Below, piece after piece: positions 8,761-20,700 of a stretch of 27,349 nucleotides of DNA. A program made the translations under genes and the position numbers. The notes beneath the pieces were generated by a model that had not been told where the DNA came from, did not search any database, and was given only the letters and a program-made list of their open reading frames with translations. Each line of letters begins with the position of its first letter. The stretch's first letter is position 1. This DNA comes from a virus (taxonomy: Duplodnaviria; Caudoviricetes), in the IMG/VR virus record IMGVR_UViG_3300029822_001087, positions 1-27,349 of that record; one strand, written 5' to 3'.

Positions 8761-10797
8761 GGTAGCCTGCTAATCCGGGCCATTGACGCGGCTCCAATTC
8801 CTATCATGGGATGCGGTCAGGAAAAAGAAAGTACAACTGCTGGTCTTGCAAAAATGAACGCAGTACTGCATCGTAAAGCAGAGATTACAATTAAGAGTGG
8901 CAACACGTTCTCAAACCCGCAGTATCTTGACAAGTCAGATAATTCCATCCTTGAACGTTTTGATTACATCGTGGCCAATCCTCCATTTTCAATGAAAAAC
9001 TGGAGAGACGGACTTAAAGAGTATGGCCGTTTTGAAGGCTATGGCGACACGCCTCCGGAAAAGAACGGTGACTATGCATGGCTGATGCATATTCTGAAAA
9101 CATTAAAATCAAACGGAAAGGCGGCTGTTATTCTGCCGCATGGTGTTCTTTTCCGTGGAAATGCTGAGGCTACCATCAGGGAAGCAATCATCAAGAAACA
9201 TTGGATCAAGGGAATCATCAGCCTTCCGGCAAACCTGTTCTATGGTACCGGTATTGCTGCCTGCGTTCTTGTTATCGACAAAGAGGGAGCCGCAAACAGA
9301 CAGGGTATCTTTATGATCGATGCCAGCCGCGGCTACGTTAAAGACGGAAACAAGAACCGTCTGCGCGAGCGCGACATCTACAGAATCATCACCACATTCA
9401 ACGAGCAGATTACAACAGATCCGAAGTATGCCCGTTTTGTGCCTAACGATGAGATAGAGATAAAGAACGAATATAACCTGAATATCACCAGATATATCGA
9501 TTCAACCGATCCGGAGGACATTCAGGACATCTATGCGCACATTCACGGAGGAATCCCTGCAGTGGATATTAACAGCTTGTCCAAATACTGGAATGCATTC
9601 CCGTCACTGAAAACTGAGCTTCTGACCGCAATTAGTAAGAAGTATTACAGCCTGAAAGTTGAACATGAAAATATCCGACAGACAATTTACAAAAACTCGG
9701 AATTCTCAGAATATGGTGAAAAGCTTGACGAGGCCTTCGCAGCGTGGAAGACCAAGGAGTATCCTGCGCTTTCAACACTCGACGAAGACGTCTCTGCAAG
9801 AGCACTGATCGTAAGCCTTGCCGAAGAGATTCTGGCAGAGTTTGAACACCTAACACTGATCGATAAATACGATGTCTATCAGGTGTTGTTGGCATATTGG
9901 AACGAGATCATGAACGATGATGTATCTCTGATCATCAGTGAACCGGACGGCTATGCAAATGCCCGCGCAACAGACAATATTGAGGAGGAGATTACTTCTG
10001 GAAAGAAAAAGGGAGAAACGAAAATCACCGGCTGGGAAGGCCGACTGATTCCGAAAAACATAGTAATCGACGCATTTTTCCGTGAAGAAAAGAACGCCAT
10101 CGAAGAAGCAGAGAACGTTGTAGCAGAGACAGAGTCACAGCTTTCAGATTTAATTGAGAGCGCAGATGAGGAATCATCTCTGGCTGACGTGGCAGAAAAC
10201 GGCAAAGTCAAGGCAAAGGACATAGAAGTAAAAATAGCTGAACTGACGCAGCACGTCGAAACCAAAGAAACAATAGAACTAATAAATCTGCTTGAACTAC
10301 TCCCGATGCAAAAGAAGCGCCTTCAGGCTTATCTCGTAGGACATCCCCTTTGTAAAAGCGTAGTGAACGAAAAAGGAAATGCCACAAAAACAGCTATTGT
10401 TGACAGGTTGACTGTTATCCGCACCGTTGAAAGTGTTCCGGAAAGCCTTCAGAATGACGTGAACCTATTGAAAGAGGCACTTGAGCTATGCGGAAAGGTT
10501 TCTGAATACGATAAAATCGTCAAAGAACTCTATCAGGCACTGGATGAAAAATGCCGTGCAAGATACGAAACGCTGACCGACGATGAGATCCTCGACCTAC
10601 TCGTAAACAGAAAGTGGTTTGACAACATCTTCTCCGGTATAAGTGACTTATATGCAGCCATTTCTCACCATCTGACAAACAGAATTATTGAGCTGGCAGA
10701 GCGATATGAAAGTACACTCCCAGAGCTTTCAACAGATACAACGGAGTATGAGGCGAAGGTAAAGTCTCATCTGGAAAGGATGGGATTTAAATGGTGA
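8743..10797 (+). pseudogene. hsdM: Type I R-M methyltransferase, 5'-truncated (3' 684 codons)
   Basis: Starts at motif I DPACGSGSLL and retains GQE, motif IV ANPPF, LPHGVLFRG and NLFYGTGI. The N-terminal HsdM domain that normally precedes motif I is absent. Confidence 0.85.
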
Positions 10798-12032
10798 AGG
10801 GATGGACTGAATGCCCGATAACGGAAGTACTGAGGCCTAATGGAATTAAAATCGGACCATTTGGCAGTCAATTGAAAAAGGAAATGCTTCTGTCCGATGG
10901 GATATATAAAGTCTATGGACAAGAAAATGTATATGAGCATGATTTTAGTTTGGGCGATAGGTATTTGACACGTGATCATTTTAATCGTCTAAGTTCCTGT
11001 GAGATACTCCCTGGTGATGTTATTATGAGCACAATGGGGACAATAGGAAAGTGCGCTATTGTTCCGGCTTCAATTCAGAGGGGAATAATGGATTCGCATT
11101 TAATCAGACTACGTTTTAATAATAAGAAAGTGCACTCCGACTATATTCTGCAACTCTTCTCTGATCAGTTTCATTATTTAAGCGATCAGACAACAAGGCT
11201 TGCTGTTGGAGGAATAATGGATGGTTTAAGCGTAGGAATCGTGAGTCGACTTAATGTGATTTATCCGGAGAGCGTCGAGGAACAAGAAAAAATAATAAAA
11301 GCTTTGTCTGATGTTGATGCTCTTATAGTGGATTTGGAAAAGCTCATCCGCAAGAAGAAGGATATCCGTCAAGGCACGATGCAGATGTTGTTGACTGGCA
11401 AAAAGAGACTGAACGGATATTCTGGAGATTGGGTAAAAATCAATCTTGCCAAAAACTCTAAGCTGAAAGCACGAATCGGATGGCAAGGTCTTACTACAGC
11501 TGAATATTTGGATGAAGGATATTCATATTTGATTACTGGAACGGATTTTCAGGATGGCCGAATTAATTGGAATGGGTGTCATTTCGTTAATTATGACAGG
11601 TATACGCAAGATTCCAATATTCAGGTTTCTAATGGAGATCTCCTTTTAACTAAAGACGGAACTATCGGAAAAGTTGCGTATGTTACAGATTTGAAGAGAC
11701 CGGCAACATTAAATAGTGGCGTTTTCCTCGTAAAGCCTATTACCGATGCCTATGTGGCGCATTTTATGTTTTATGTGCTTGAGTCATTAGTGTTCAAGGA
11801 TTTTTTGCAGCAGCTGTCAGCTGGATCAACAATAAATCATCTTTATCAGAAGGATCTGGTGAAGTTTGACCTTTATGTTCCTCCGACAAAGGAAGAACAG
11901 GAAGCAATAGCGGCGATTCTGTTTGATATGGATTCAGATATTTATAAACTTGAAGAAAAGCTCTCCAAGTATCAGAAAATAAAGCAAGGCATGATGGAAG
12001 AGCTCCTGACCGGCAAGGTCAGATTATCGTAA
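10791..12032 (+). CDS. hsdS: Type I R-M specificity subunit
   Basis: Two TRDs, each followed by a conserved helical repeat (EEQEKI...QGTMQMLLTGKKRL / EEQEAI...QGMMEELLTGKVRL); overlaps the hsdM stop. Confidence 0.95.
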   Translation: MVKGWTECPITEVLRPNGIKIGPFGSQLKKEMLLSDGIYKVYGQENVYEHDFSLGDRYLTRDHFNRLSSCEILPGDVIMSTMGTIGKCAIVPASIQRGIMDSHLIRLRFNNKKVHSDYILQLFSDQFHYLSDQTTRLAVGGIMDGLSVGIVSRLNVIYPESVEEQEKIIKALSDVDALIVDLEKLIRKKKDIRQGTMQMLLTGKKRLNGYSGDWVKINLAKNSKLKARIGWQGLTTAEYLDEGYSYLITGTDFQDGRINWNGCHFVNYDRYTQDSNIQVSNGDLLLTKDGTIGKVAYVTDLKRPATLNSGVFLVKPITDAYVAHFMFYVLESLVFKDFLQQLSAGSTINHLYQKDLVKFDLYVPPTKEEQEAIAAILFDMDSDIYKLEEKLSKYQKIKQGMMEELLTGKVRLS

Positions 12033-12047
12033 GGAGGTGCCTATCAA

Positions 12048-15000
12048 ATGAGCATTGGTGATGCTGAAATTAAAACACAGGAAAGAGTGATCAATTTCTT
12101 CAAAAGCCCGGAGATACTGGGTTATCAGTACCTCGGTAATCTTTCCGATTTTCAGAACAAGAATATCAAGGAAGACCGGCTGCGGAAGTTTGAAGGGCTA
12201 TTCTGATAAGCTGGTTGATGCTGCCGTTACGCGGCTTCAGCAGGAATCAGGTAATCTTTCTCGCGGGATTTATGATGCCAATAAGACTGTGTATTCTCGC
12301 CTGAAATATGGTATTCCGGTCAGCGAAAGCCCAGAGAAACCTCCTGTTACAGTAGAACTTATTGATGAGAAGGAGCCTCTGAATAATGATTTTGCGATTG
12401 CAGAGGAAGTAACGGTTGTTGAGCAGCAGGAGAAGCGCCCAGATCTTGTAGTATACCTGAATGGCATTGCAGTTGCAGTTATTGAACTGAAGCGAAGCAG
12501 TGTCTCTGTGTCAGAAGGTATCCGTCAGAATCTTACAAATCAGAAAGACTCATTCATTCATTCAGGGTTTCTTCACTACCATGCAGTTCTGTATGGCAGG
12601 AAATGAATCGGAAGGCCTGCGTTATGGCACGCTCTTGACCGGTGAAAAGTTCTACATGGAATGGAAGGACGACGGATTTAAAGAGCATGAAGAAGAACGT
12701 GATCCGGTAGATGTTCGCATCAGTGCAACCTGCGCACGCATTGAGGATAAGCTCTTAAAGCAAATATATGCTATGTTCGATAAGGAGCGCTTTATTGATC
12801 TTATTATGAACTTTGTCGTTTTTGATAAGGGTATTAAGAAAGTCTGCCGTTATAATCAGTATTTTGGCATCAAGCGTACTCAGCAACGATTGAACAATTT
12901 GAGAACAGAACTTCACAATCCTGACAGAGATCAGGACAAGCCGATGGGCGGTATTCTTTGGCATACGCAGGGCTCCGGTAAGACTTTAACTATGGTTTGG
13001 CTGGCCAAATGGATTTTGACGCACTGGCAGGAACTGAATGCTCGTGTTCTGATTGTAACCGACCGGGATGAACTTGATGAACAGATTGAAAAGACCTTCA
13101 CGGGAGTAGATGAAAATATTGTCCGCACTAAGAGTGGCAAGGATTTGCTGAATCGTTTGAACGCCTATGACGATTCGCTGATCTGCTCCCTGGTACATAA
13201 GTTTGGTCGTCGCGGTGGCGAAGCAACCGAAAACGACTATGATAAATATATTGAAGAACTGAAAGCGTCTCTCCCGGATGGCTTTGAGACGAAGGGAAAT
13301 CTTGTGGTGTTCGTTGATGAGTGTCACAGAACGCAGTCAGGTAAGCTCCATATGGCTATGACAACGATTATGCCGAATGCGATCTTTATTGGTTTCACTG
13401 GCACACCACTACTAAAAAAAGATAAAAAAATAAGCATCGAGGTTTTTGGAACTTATATCCATGCCTATAAATACAACGAAGGTGTAACAGATGGTGTTGT
13501 TCTGGATCTACGTTATGAATATCGTGATGTTCCGCAAGATTTGTCTTCACAGGATCGTGTTGACCAATGGTTTGAAGTGAAGACCAGGGGGCTCTCTTCC
13601 CGTGCCAAGGCAAAACTCAAAGAGAAGTGGGGCACGATGCAGCAGGTCTACAGTTCCCGCTCCCGTCTTGAAAAAGTGGCATGGGACATCATTCAGGACT
13701 TCAATATGAAGCCTCGTCTGATGGACGGTAACGGAAACGCCATCCTTGTAGCTGATTCCATTCCGACCGCCTGCAAGTATTATGAAATTTTTCAGCAGAT
13801 GGGCTTTATGAAGTGCGCTATCATATCGTCCTATACCCCGAATAAGGGTGAACTGCGTACAGATACTGTCAGCGATGAGGACAACACAGAAACCTTCCTG
13901 AAGTATGACACTTATCTTAGAATGCTGGGACTTGATCCCACAAATCTTCCAAAAAGTGCAGGGTCTATTCAGGCAAAGGTGGAGGAGTTTGAAAAAGAGG
14001 CAAAGCGTAAGTTTGTAGAAGAGCCTGCAAATATGAAACTCCTTATTGTTGTGGATAAGCTTCTTACCGGATTTGATGCACCGCCTTGCACTTATTTGTA
14101 TATCGATAAAAATATGCAGGATCACGGTCTGTTTCAGGCAATCTGTCGTGTAAACCGTCTTGATGATGATTCCAAGGATTTTGGCTACATCGTGGACTAT
14201 AAGCAATTGTTTGGAAAACTCCAGACAGCAATGAAGGATTATACTTCCGGCGCGTTTGAGGGTTATGATCCTGAAGATATTAAGGGTCTGGTGAAAGATC
14301 GTCATGATGAAGCAATAGCATATTTTGATGAAATCTATGATGCAGTAGAGGAGCTTTGTGAAGGTGTCGAGGAACCTCGTGAAGACCTTCAGTACATTCA
14401 TTATTTCTGCGGCATTTCAGGTCAATCAGAGGAAAACGATGAAATCTATGCTCGCTTGAGAGAAAAACTGTACAGGCTTGTCAGCAGCCTTGTTAGAGCT
14501 TTTGCAGAGGCAAAGCCGTATCTGGTTGATGATATTCCATCCGGAAAACTGAATGAGTACGACAAAAAGGTCACCTTCTATATAGAACTGAAAAAAACTA
14601 TTGGTACAGCCAGCGGCGACTTCCTTGATTTGAAAGCTTATGAACCTGATATGAGGAAGATGATCGACAATTATATCACCGCATCGGATGCTGAAAAGAT
14701 TGGTGATTTTGACGATCTTACGCTGCTTGATTTTGTAGCAAAACAGGGTGAGACATTGGCCGGCGAGGGTGATGATGGTCATAAAGAGGGTGCTGCAGAA
14801 GCAATTGAGAATAATATCCGTAGGAAGGTCATCGAAAAAGTAACAGTTAATCCACGTTATTATGCCAAGATGTCAGAAATCCTTGATAAGCTTATTGAAG
14901 AGCGTAAGCAGGGAGTTCTTGACTATGCCCAGATGCTTGAAGAATATATAAAACTGGCCAGGGACGTAGATTGTCCAGAAGATAACGACAAATATCCGGA

Positions 15001-15226
15001 GAGCATTCGTAAGAGCAAGGCACTCATGACTATCTATGATAACAGCGGCGAGGATGAGAAACTTGCACTTAAAATTTATAAAGCTGTGAAAAAGCAGGCC
15101 TTGTCTGGCTTTAGAGACAATCAAGTGGTTGTCAGAAGAATTAAAAAAGCTCTCTTTGAAATTTTAGGTGACGATTCCGAAGTGGAGCGCATTTATAAGA
15201 TCATTGAGAAGCAGGAGGAGCTTTAA
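12048..15226 (+). pseudogene. hsdR: Type I R-M restriction subunit with two frameshifts
   Basis: AAGGAGGT + ATG12048 (MSIGDAEIKTQERVI) stops at 12206. Reading resumes in 12190-12606 (RPDLVVYLNG...IELK nuclease motif), then in 12500-15226 (HTQGSGKT, DECHR, GFTGTP, LTGFDAP, QAICRVNR). Confidence 0.9.
12550..12564 (+). repeat. (TCAT)3TCA microsatellite at the second hsdR frameshift
   Basis: Removing one 4-nt unit joins the frames to read QKDSFIQGFFTT. Confidence 0.85.
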
Positions 15227-17781
15227 TGCGCATTGTCATTTCCGGTATTCCGATAGACGTGCAAAAAAAGAATATTAAGAACATGCATCTTCAGGTGAAA
15301 CCGCCAGATGGGCATGTGGTAATCTCTGCACCTTTATCGGTTGATGATAAAGCGATAGAAGCATACGCAAGAACACAGCTTGGTTTTATCAAGAAGTCGA
15401 TTGGCAAGTTTCAGGATCAGCCGCGTGCTTCAAAAAGGCAGTATGTTTCTGGAGAAACAATATATATCTGGGGAAAACAATATTTTCTTGTCTTTAAGCC
15501 AGATAACCAGAAGAACAGCTTCGAGATACAAAATCAGAATATCGTTCTTTCTATGAGCGCCAAGAGCACCGTAAAGCAAAGAGACGCTTATGTAAAAGAG
15601 GAATACCGGAAGATCTTGAAAGAAGAAATCGAAAAGCGCCTGCCAAAATGGGAAGCCCAGACCGGACTGAAATGCGACTCTTGGCAGACAAAATACATGG
15701 TCACAAAATGGGGAGCCTGCAGCACCGACAAGAAGAAATTGTGGTTCAATCTACAACTCGCCCAAAAGCCCTACAGGTGCCTTGATTACATCATTTTGCA
15801 TGAGCTCACGCATTTGATTACAAGAAAGCACGATGCCACCTTCATTACGCATATGGACAGATATATGCCGAATTGGAGAGAAATTCGTAAGGAACTCAAT
15901 GACAGCAGACTCGATTACTATGAAGCACAGGACGAGAGCCCGCTACAAAAGCTGATCGACCAGTCTCGTTATGATGACATCCGGGATGCCGCCATTGCTT
16001 ACATAAATGAAGAGCAGTCCAGCGAGCAGAAGAAAACGTCGGTTGTTGATGTTGAGATTGAAAATGTTATACGAATAGAGCAGTCGGAGGAAGGTGTAAT
16101 ATCGTTTGACGTTATTGTATCCTGTGACGTGGAAATGCCGTCCAGCTCTCGCAAGGGATATTTTACTGAAAAGTGGCTTAAGATTCATTGTCAGGTCATA
16201 CTTGGCATTGATATGAGCGGCTTTAGAATTATGTCAATCGGTGACTGCGAGCCGCAGGAAGAATCGGATAATGACCGCCTTTCCGGAGAATTAGTACCGA
16301 TCATTGCTCACGACCAATTTGAAGATGAGGCGGAGAAGTTCCTGACACGATATTGCCCGGAAGCTTTGGAACAACCGATAAGGGTTCCAATCGAAACAAT
16401 TGCCGGTGACATGAAATTGCAGATTGTCGAGGATGTGCCACTGTCAGATGAACTTACTTATTTTGGAACAATCATATTTGACAATGGGAACGTGCTTGAT
16501 AAGCACCGAAAGATTACAATACGAAACGCTAAACGAGGAACAATATACCTTGATCCACGCGTATCGTATGAACGCTCGACAGGTACAAAAAGGACAACCG
16601 TTGCTCATGAATGCTTTCACTGGCACAGGCACCAGCCATACCATGTGCTGATGAAAATGATTGGAGCGAACGATAACCTTGGAAGAGTGATTCAATGCCA
16701 GATAGCAGTTAATACTGCAGATTCAGACAAATGGAAAGCTGTAGATTGGATGGAGTGGCAGGCAAAAGGCGTCGCTCCAAGAATTCTGATGCCAGCAAAA
16801 ACAACTCGGATGGAGGCAGATGCACTCCTTTCTGAATATGGCGGATCTATGGAAGCAGGTATCAGTGATTACGAGAACGTGATCGACGAGCTTGCAGCTT
16901 TGTTTGATGTTTCACGTCAGGCAGCCAAGGTACGTTTGATAGATTTAGGTTATGCTAAAGCTGAAGGTGCTTATCCATTTGTAGATGGGCACTATGTTCG
17001 CGGGTATTCGTTTGAGCCAGAATCCTTGGAGAAGAATCAGACATTTACGATTCCGTATGCGGATTTGTTTAAGGCATATTGCTTTGACCATGAATTCAAA
17101 AAGCTTATAGATACCGGCAATTTCGCTTTTGTTGACAGGCATCTGATCTTGAACGATGAGCGTTATGTCGTACGTGATCAGACTGGAAATGCAGTGCTTT
17201 CAGAATATGCAATTTCTCACATGGATGAGTGCAGCGTTGTTTTCACGAAAGGATACAGCTATCAATCGAAGTATCAGGGAGCACGCTACTATACCCAGTT
17301 TATGCGGAATGCCGCTCCGGTTGATAATCAGATTGAGTATTCCTTTGAACTGAATAATCATAACAAAGCGCTGCTTGATCAGATAAAGAATGCGAAGTGT
17401 CGCGCGAATGCATTGCGCAGGTATCCTGGTTCTTTTGCAGAAACGCTGGTTGCTTTGCAGAAAGACAGGAAACTCTCTAATAAGCAGTTAGCGGATCGTT
17501 CGCTTGTTGGAGAAAAGACCATCCAGAGATTAAGAAACGATGAGGAATATCCCACATCAGTACAAACCTTGCTGGCATTATGCGTCGGACTGAAACTTCC
17601 GCTTCCCGAAGCAGAGATGTTCCTTGGAAAGGCCGATTTTAAATTGAATTCTATGAAGGGCGAGGGCTATGTTTATCAATGTGTGCTTTCTGCCTGTGCT
17701 GAGAACTCAATTTATGAAATAAATGAAATGCTTAAGTCAAATGGGATCACGCCACTTGGAAGCGATTCATCATTACAGTAA
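15226..17781 (+). CDS. Fusion: YgjP/M48-like metallopeptidase + ImmA/IrrE-like metallopeptidase + C-terminal XRE HTH, 851 aa
   Basis: N-terminal ~225 aa have WGAC and YIILHELTH (YgjP/DUF45-like). Central RTTVAHECFHW...MEWQA...ILMP...LAALFDVSRQAAKVRL is IrrE/ImmA-like. C-terminal LSNKQLADRSLVGEKTIQRLRN is an HTH. TAATG coupling to hsdR. Confidence 0.8.
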   Translation: MRIVISGIPIDVQKKNIKNMHLQVKPPDGHVVISAPLSVDDKAIEAYARTQLGFIKKSIGKFQDQPRASKRQYVSGETIYIWGKQYFLVFKPDNQKNSFEIQNQNIVLSMSAKSTVKQRDAYVKEEYRKILKEEIEKRLPKWEAQTGLKCDSWQTKYMVTKWGACSTDKKKLWFNLQLAQKPYRCLDYIILHELTHLITRKHDATFITHMDRYMPNWREIRKELNDSRLDYYEAQDESPLQKLIDQSRYDDIRDAAIAYINEEQSSEQKKTSVVDVEIENVIRIEQSEEGVISFDVIVSCDVEMPSSSRKGYFTEKWLKIHCQVILGIDMSGFRIMSIGDCEPQEESDNDRLSGELVPIIAHDQFEDEAEKFLTRYCPEALEQPIRVPIETIAGDMKLQIVEDVPLSDELTYFGTIIFDNGNVLDKHRKITIRNAKRGTIYLDPRVSYERSTGTKRTTVAHECFHWHRHQPYHVLMKMIGANDNLGRVIQCQIAVNTADSDKWKAVDWMEWQAKGVAPRILMPAKTTRMEADALLSEYGGSMEAGISDYENVIDELAALFDVSRQAAKVRLIDLGYAKAEGAYPFVDGHYVRGYSFEPESLEKNQTFTIPYADLFKAYCFDHEFKKLIDTGNFAFVDRHLILNDERYVVRDQTGNAVLSEYAISHMDECSVVFTKGYSYQSKYQGARYYTQFMRNAAPVDNQIEYSFELNNHNKALLDQIKNAKCRANALRRYPGSFAETLVALQKDRKLSNKQLADRSLVGEKTIQRLRNDEEYPTSVQTLLALCVGLKLPLPEAEMFLGKADFKLNSMKGEGYVYQCVLSACAENSIYEINEMLKSNGITPLGSDSSLQ

Positions 17782-17798
17782 GGATGGAGGAATGCTTT

Positions 17799-20700
17799 AT
17801 GGCAAATGAGCTGCAGCCGTTATCGCTGCTATTCCAAAATAGATTATTTCGAATACCTGACTACCAGCGCGGCTATGCATGGCTGCAGCAGCAGCTGGTA
17901 GATTTTTGGGATGACCTTGTAAACCTGCAGCCTGACCGTTACCACTATACAGGTCTACTTTCTTTGAAACCACTGAAGAGCAAAGAAACCGTAAGCTGGG
18001 GTGAAGATCTCTGGCTTGTGGAGAACGGCTATAAACCTTGCCATATTGTTGACGGTCAGCAGAGAATCACAACATTCGTGATTCTCTTGAATGAGATAGT
18101 CATCTTTGTTCGTGGATTGGATGAAAACAAGGATAAGTCCGATAAGGAAATCACGCTGGGCTATGAGACAGTTGAGGAAATCGTATCAAAATATATCTGC
18201 CGGAAGAGACCACCAAATGGCGTGGTGACTACATACCTTTTCGGATATGAAGTCGACAATCCCAGCGCGGAATATATGAAATATAAAGTCTTTGAGGAGC
18301 CGTACTCAGGTGCGGTGAACGAGACCTACTATACCAAGAACCTGAAATTTGCTAAGAACTTCTTTGCTGAGAACATCAGAAAACTGTATGTGGAATCCGG
18401 TGCAGATGGACTTGAAGCCGTAAACACACTGTATAAGAAGCTCACCCAGCGCCTGATGTTTAATCTTCATGAGATAGACGATGACTACGACGTATTCGTA
18501 GCCTTTGAAACCATGAACAATAGAGGCAAGAAGCTGACAAATCTTGAGCTTCTGAAGAACAGACTGATCTATTTGACCACGCTCTATGAGGATGATGTAT
18601 TTGATGAGAAGGACAAGTCTGCCCTACGAAAGAAAATCAACGATGCTTGGAAAGAGGTTTATTATCAGCTCGGAAGAAATAAGAGCGTTCCACTTTCCGA
18701 TGATGATTTCCTGCGTGCACACTGGATTATTTATTTCAGATATTCCCGTAAACGCGGCGATGATTATATAAAGTTCCTGTTGAATAAGTTTTCGTCAAAG
18801 GGAATATTTGAAAAGACTCCGGTTCTTGTAGAGGCTGAGACAGAAGCGGCTATCAGTGATGATGTTGCAGAATCCGACGATGCTGAGAACGTTGATACAG
18901 AAGAACCTGAAACCATAGAGGTATCCAAGCTCCAGCCGAAGGAAATCGAGGAGTACGTCAATAGCCTGAAAGATATGGCAAAGTACTGGTACGATACCTA
19001 CTTCCCGTTTGAAAGCTCAAATCTCACCATTGAGGAGCAGAAGCGTGTTGATAGGCTCAATCGTATAGGCATCGGACATTTCAGACCGCTGGTCACTACA
19101 GTTATCAGCAGAAGAGATATTACTGCAAGCAGCAGGGTGAAAATCTTCGAAGCTATTGAGCGCTTTATTTTTGTCGCATTCCGCTTGGGTAATTTCAATG
19201 CATCCTATGGCAGTAGTGATTATTATCGTGCTGCCCGTCAGGTGTATGTGAAAGAGATAGATGTTGACGAAGTCAGCAAAGAAATCTATGACAGAACGAC
19301 AAACGACATAGAATTTGCCTCTCAGAACTTTGTGACCAGAATAGAAAAATACTTCTCGACCGGAAACGGCTATTACGACTGGAACAGCTTGAGATACTTC
19401 TTCTATGAGTATGAGGCCAAACTGGCTGAGAAGAATAACATTGACCGCTTCTGTACATGGTCGATGTTTACGAAATCAGAGAAGGATAAGGTGTCTATCG
19501 AGCACATCCTTCCGCAGACACCTACAAAGTTTTACTGGCGTAATATGTTCCGTCAGTTTAAGGACACTGAAATCAAGATGCTTTCAGGAGCTCTTGGAAA
19601 CCTCCTGCCGCTGTCGCAGAGTGTAAACTCAGCTTTACAGAACGATAGCTTTGAGGATAAGAAGCACTCCAAGACCACAGGCCGACGTGGCTATGAAAAT
19701 GGCTCCCATTCTGAGATTGAGGTCTCAAAGCTCGACGACTGGGATGGATTCGAGATATATAGCCGTACTGAGAAACTTCTTGTATTTATGCAGGAACGCT
19801 GGAACATTCAATTCGATGATGAAAAGTTAGAGAAACTGATCGGTATATCCTTTGTTAAAGATGGCCGTGAGATTCCGGAAGAGCTGGAAGAATCGACTGT
19901 AGCAAAACCGGAAACAGAAGATAGCACTGATGGAGATGGTGATGACCAGAAACTTCAGTTCTGGACTGCTTTTGTGAACTATGCGACGGAGCATAGCAGA
20001 GCAAGCGATATAGCAAAGCAGAAAGCAGCTGGTCGTACATATTACGATGTGCACATAGGCGCGAACGGTTATCACTTATTCTTTTCCATTCCCTATGGTA
20101 AACGAATCAAGATGGGCATCTACACCTATAATGTGGATACCTATAACCGTCTGAAGGAATTAAAAGACCAGATTGAGACCGAATTTGGTGAGAACCTAAA
20201 TTGGGAATACTCAAAATCGACAGGTACAACACGTTCCATCGTTATTGAGGAGAAGGCTGATGTATTCAATCCAGCAGAGCAGCCGAAAATATTTGATTGG
20301 ATCATCGACCATTTTGACCGGATCACGACAGCGTTATCTATGGCCGGAGAGCATCTCAGTATAAGTGGTGATTCCTCTGAAACGAGGTTTGAGATCAGAA
20401 AACGTTACTGGACGTATGCCTTAACACAAATCCATGAGGCTCATGGTAATCCCGGCTCTTTCAGCAATGTAAATCCGAGTACGGACAACTGGATAAACGG
20501 CTTCTTTGGCATTGGAGGTTTCTATCTCTGCTGTGTTGCGAATTTTGACTCTGCACGTTCAGAGGTCGTATTTGCCAGAGCGGAGAGATCAGAGAATAAA
20601 GCTGCGTTTGATGCTCTTTACCAGCACAAGAGCGAGATTGAATCAAAGCTGGGAACGGTGCTTCAGTGGAACCGTGGAGATGATATCAAATCCTCGAAGG

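Noticed and set aside
10791-12032. hsdS shufflon (invertible TRDs)
   Set aside because: Single hsdS, with no silent TRD copies, flanking inverted repeats or adjacent tyrosine invertase seen.
12180-12210. Programmed frameshift in hsdR
   Set aside because: No canonical slippery heptamer or clear stimulatory structure; a small indel is the simpler explanation.
13547-14401. 284-aa antisense ORF in hsdR
   Set aside because: Antisense shadow with no motif or RBS support.
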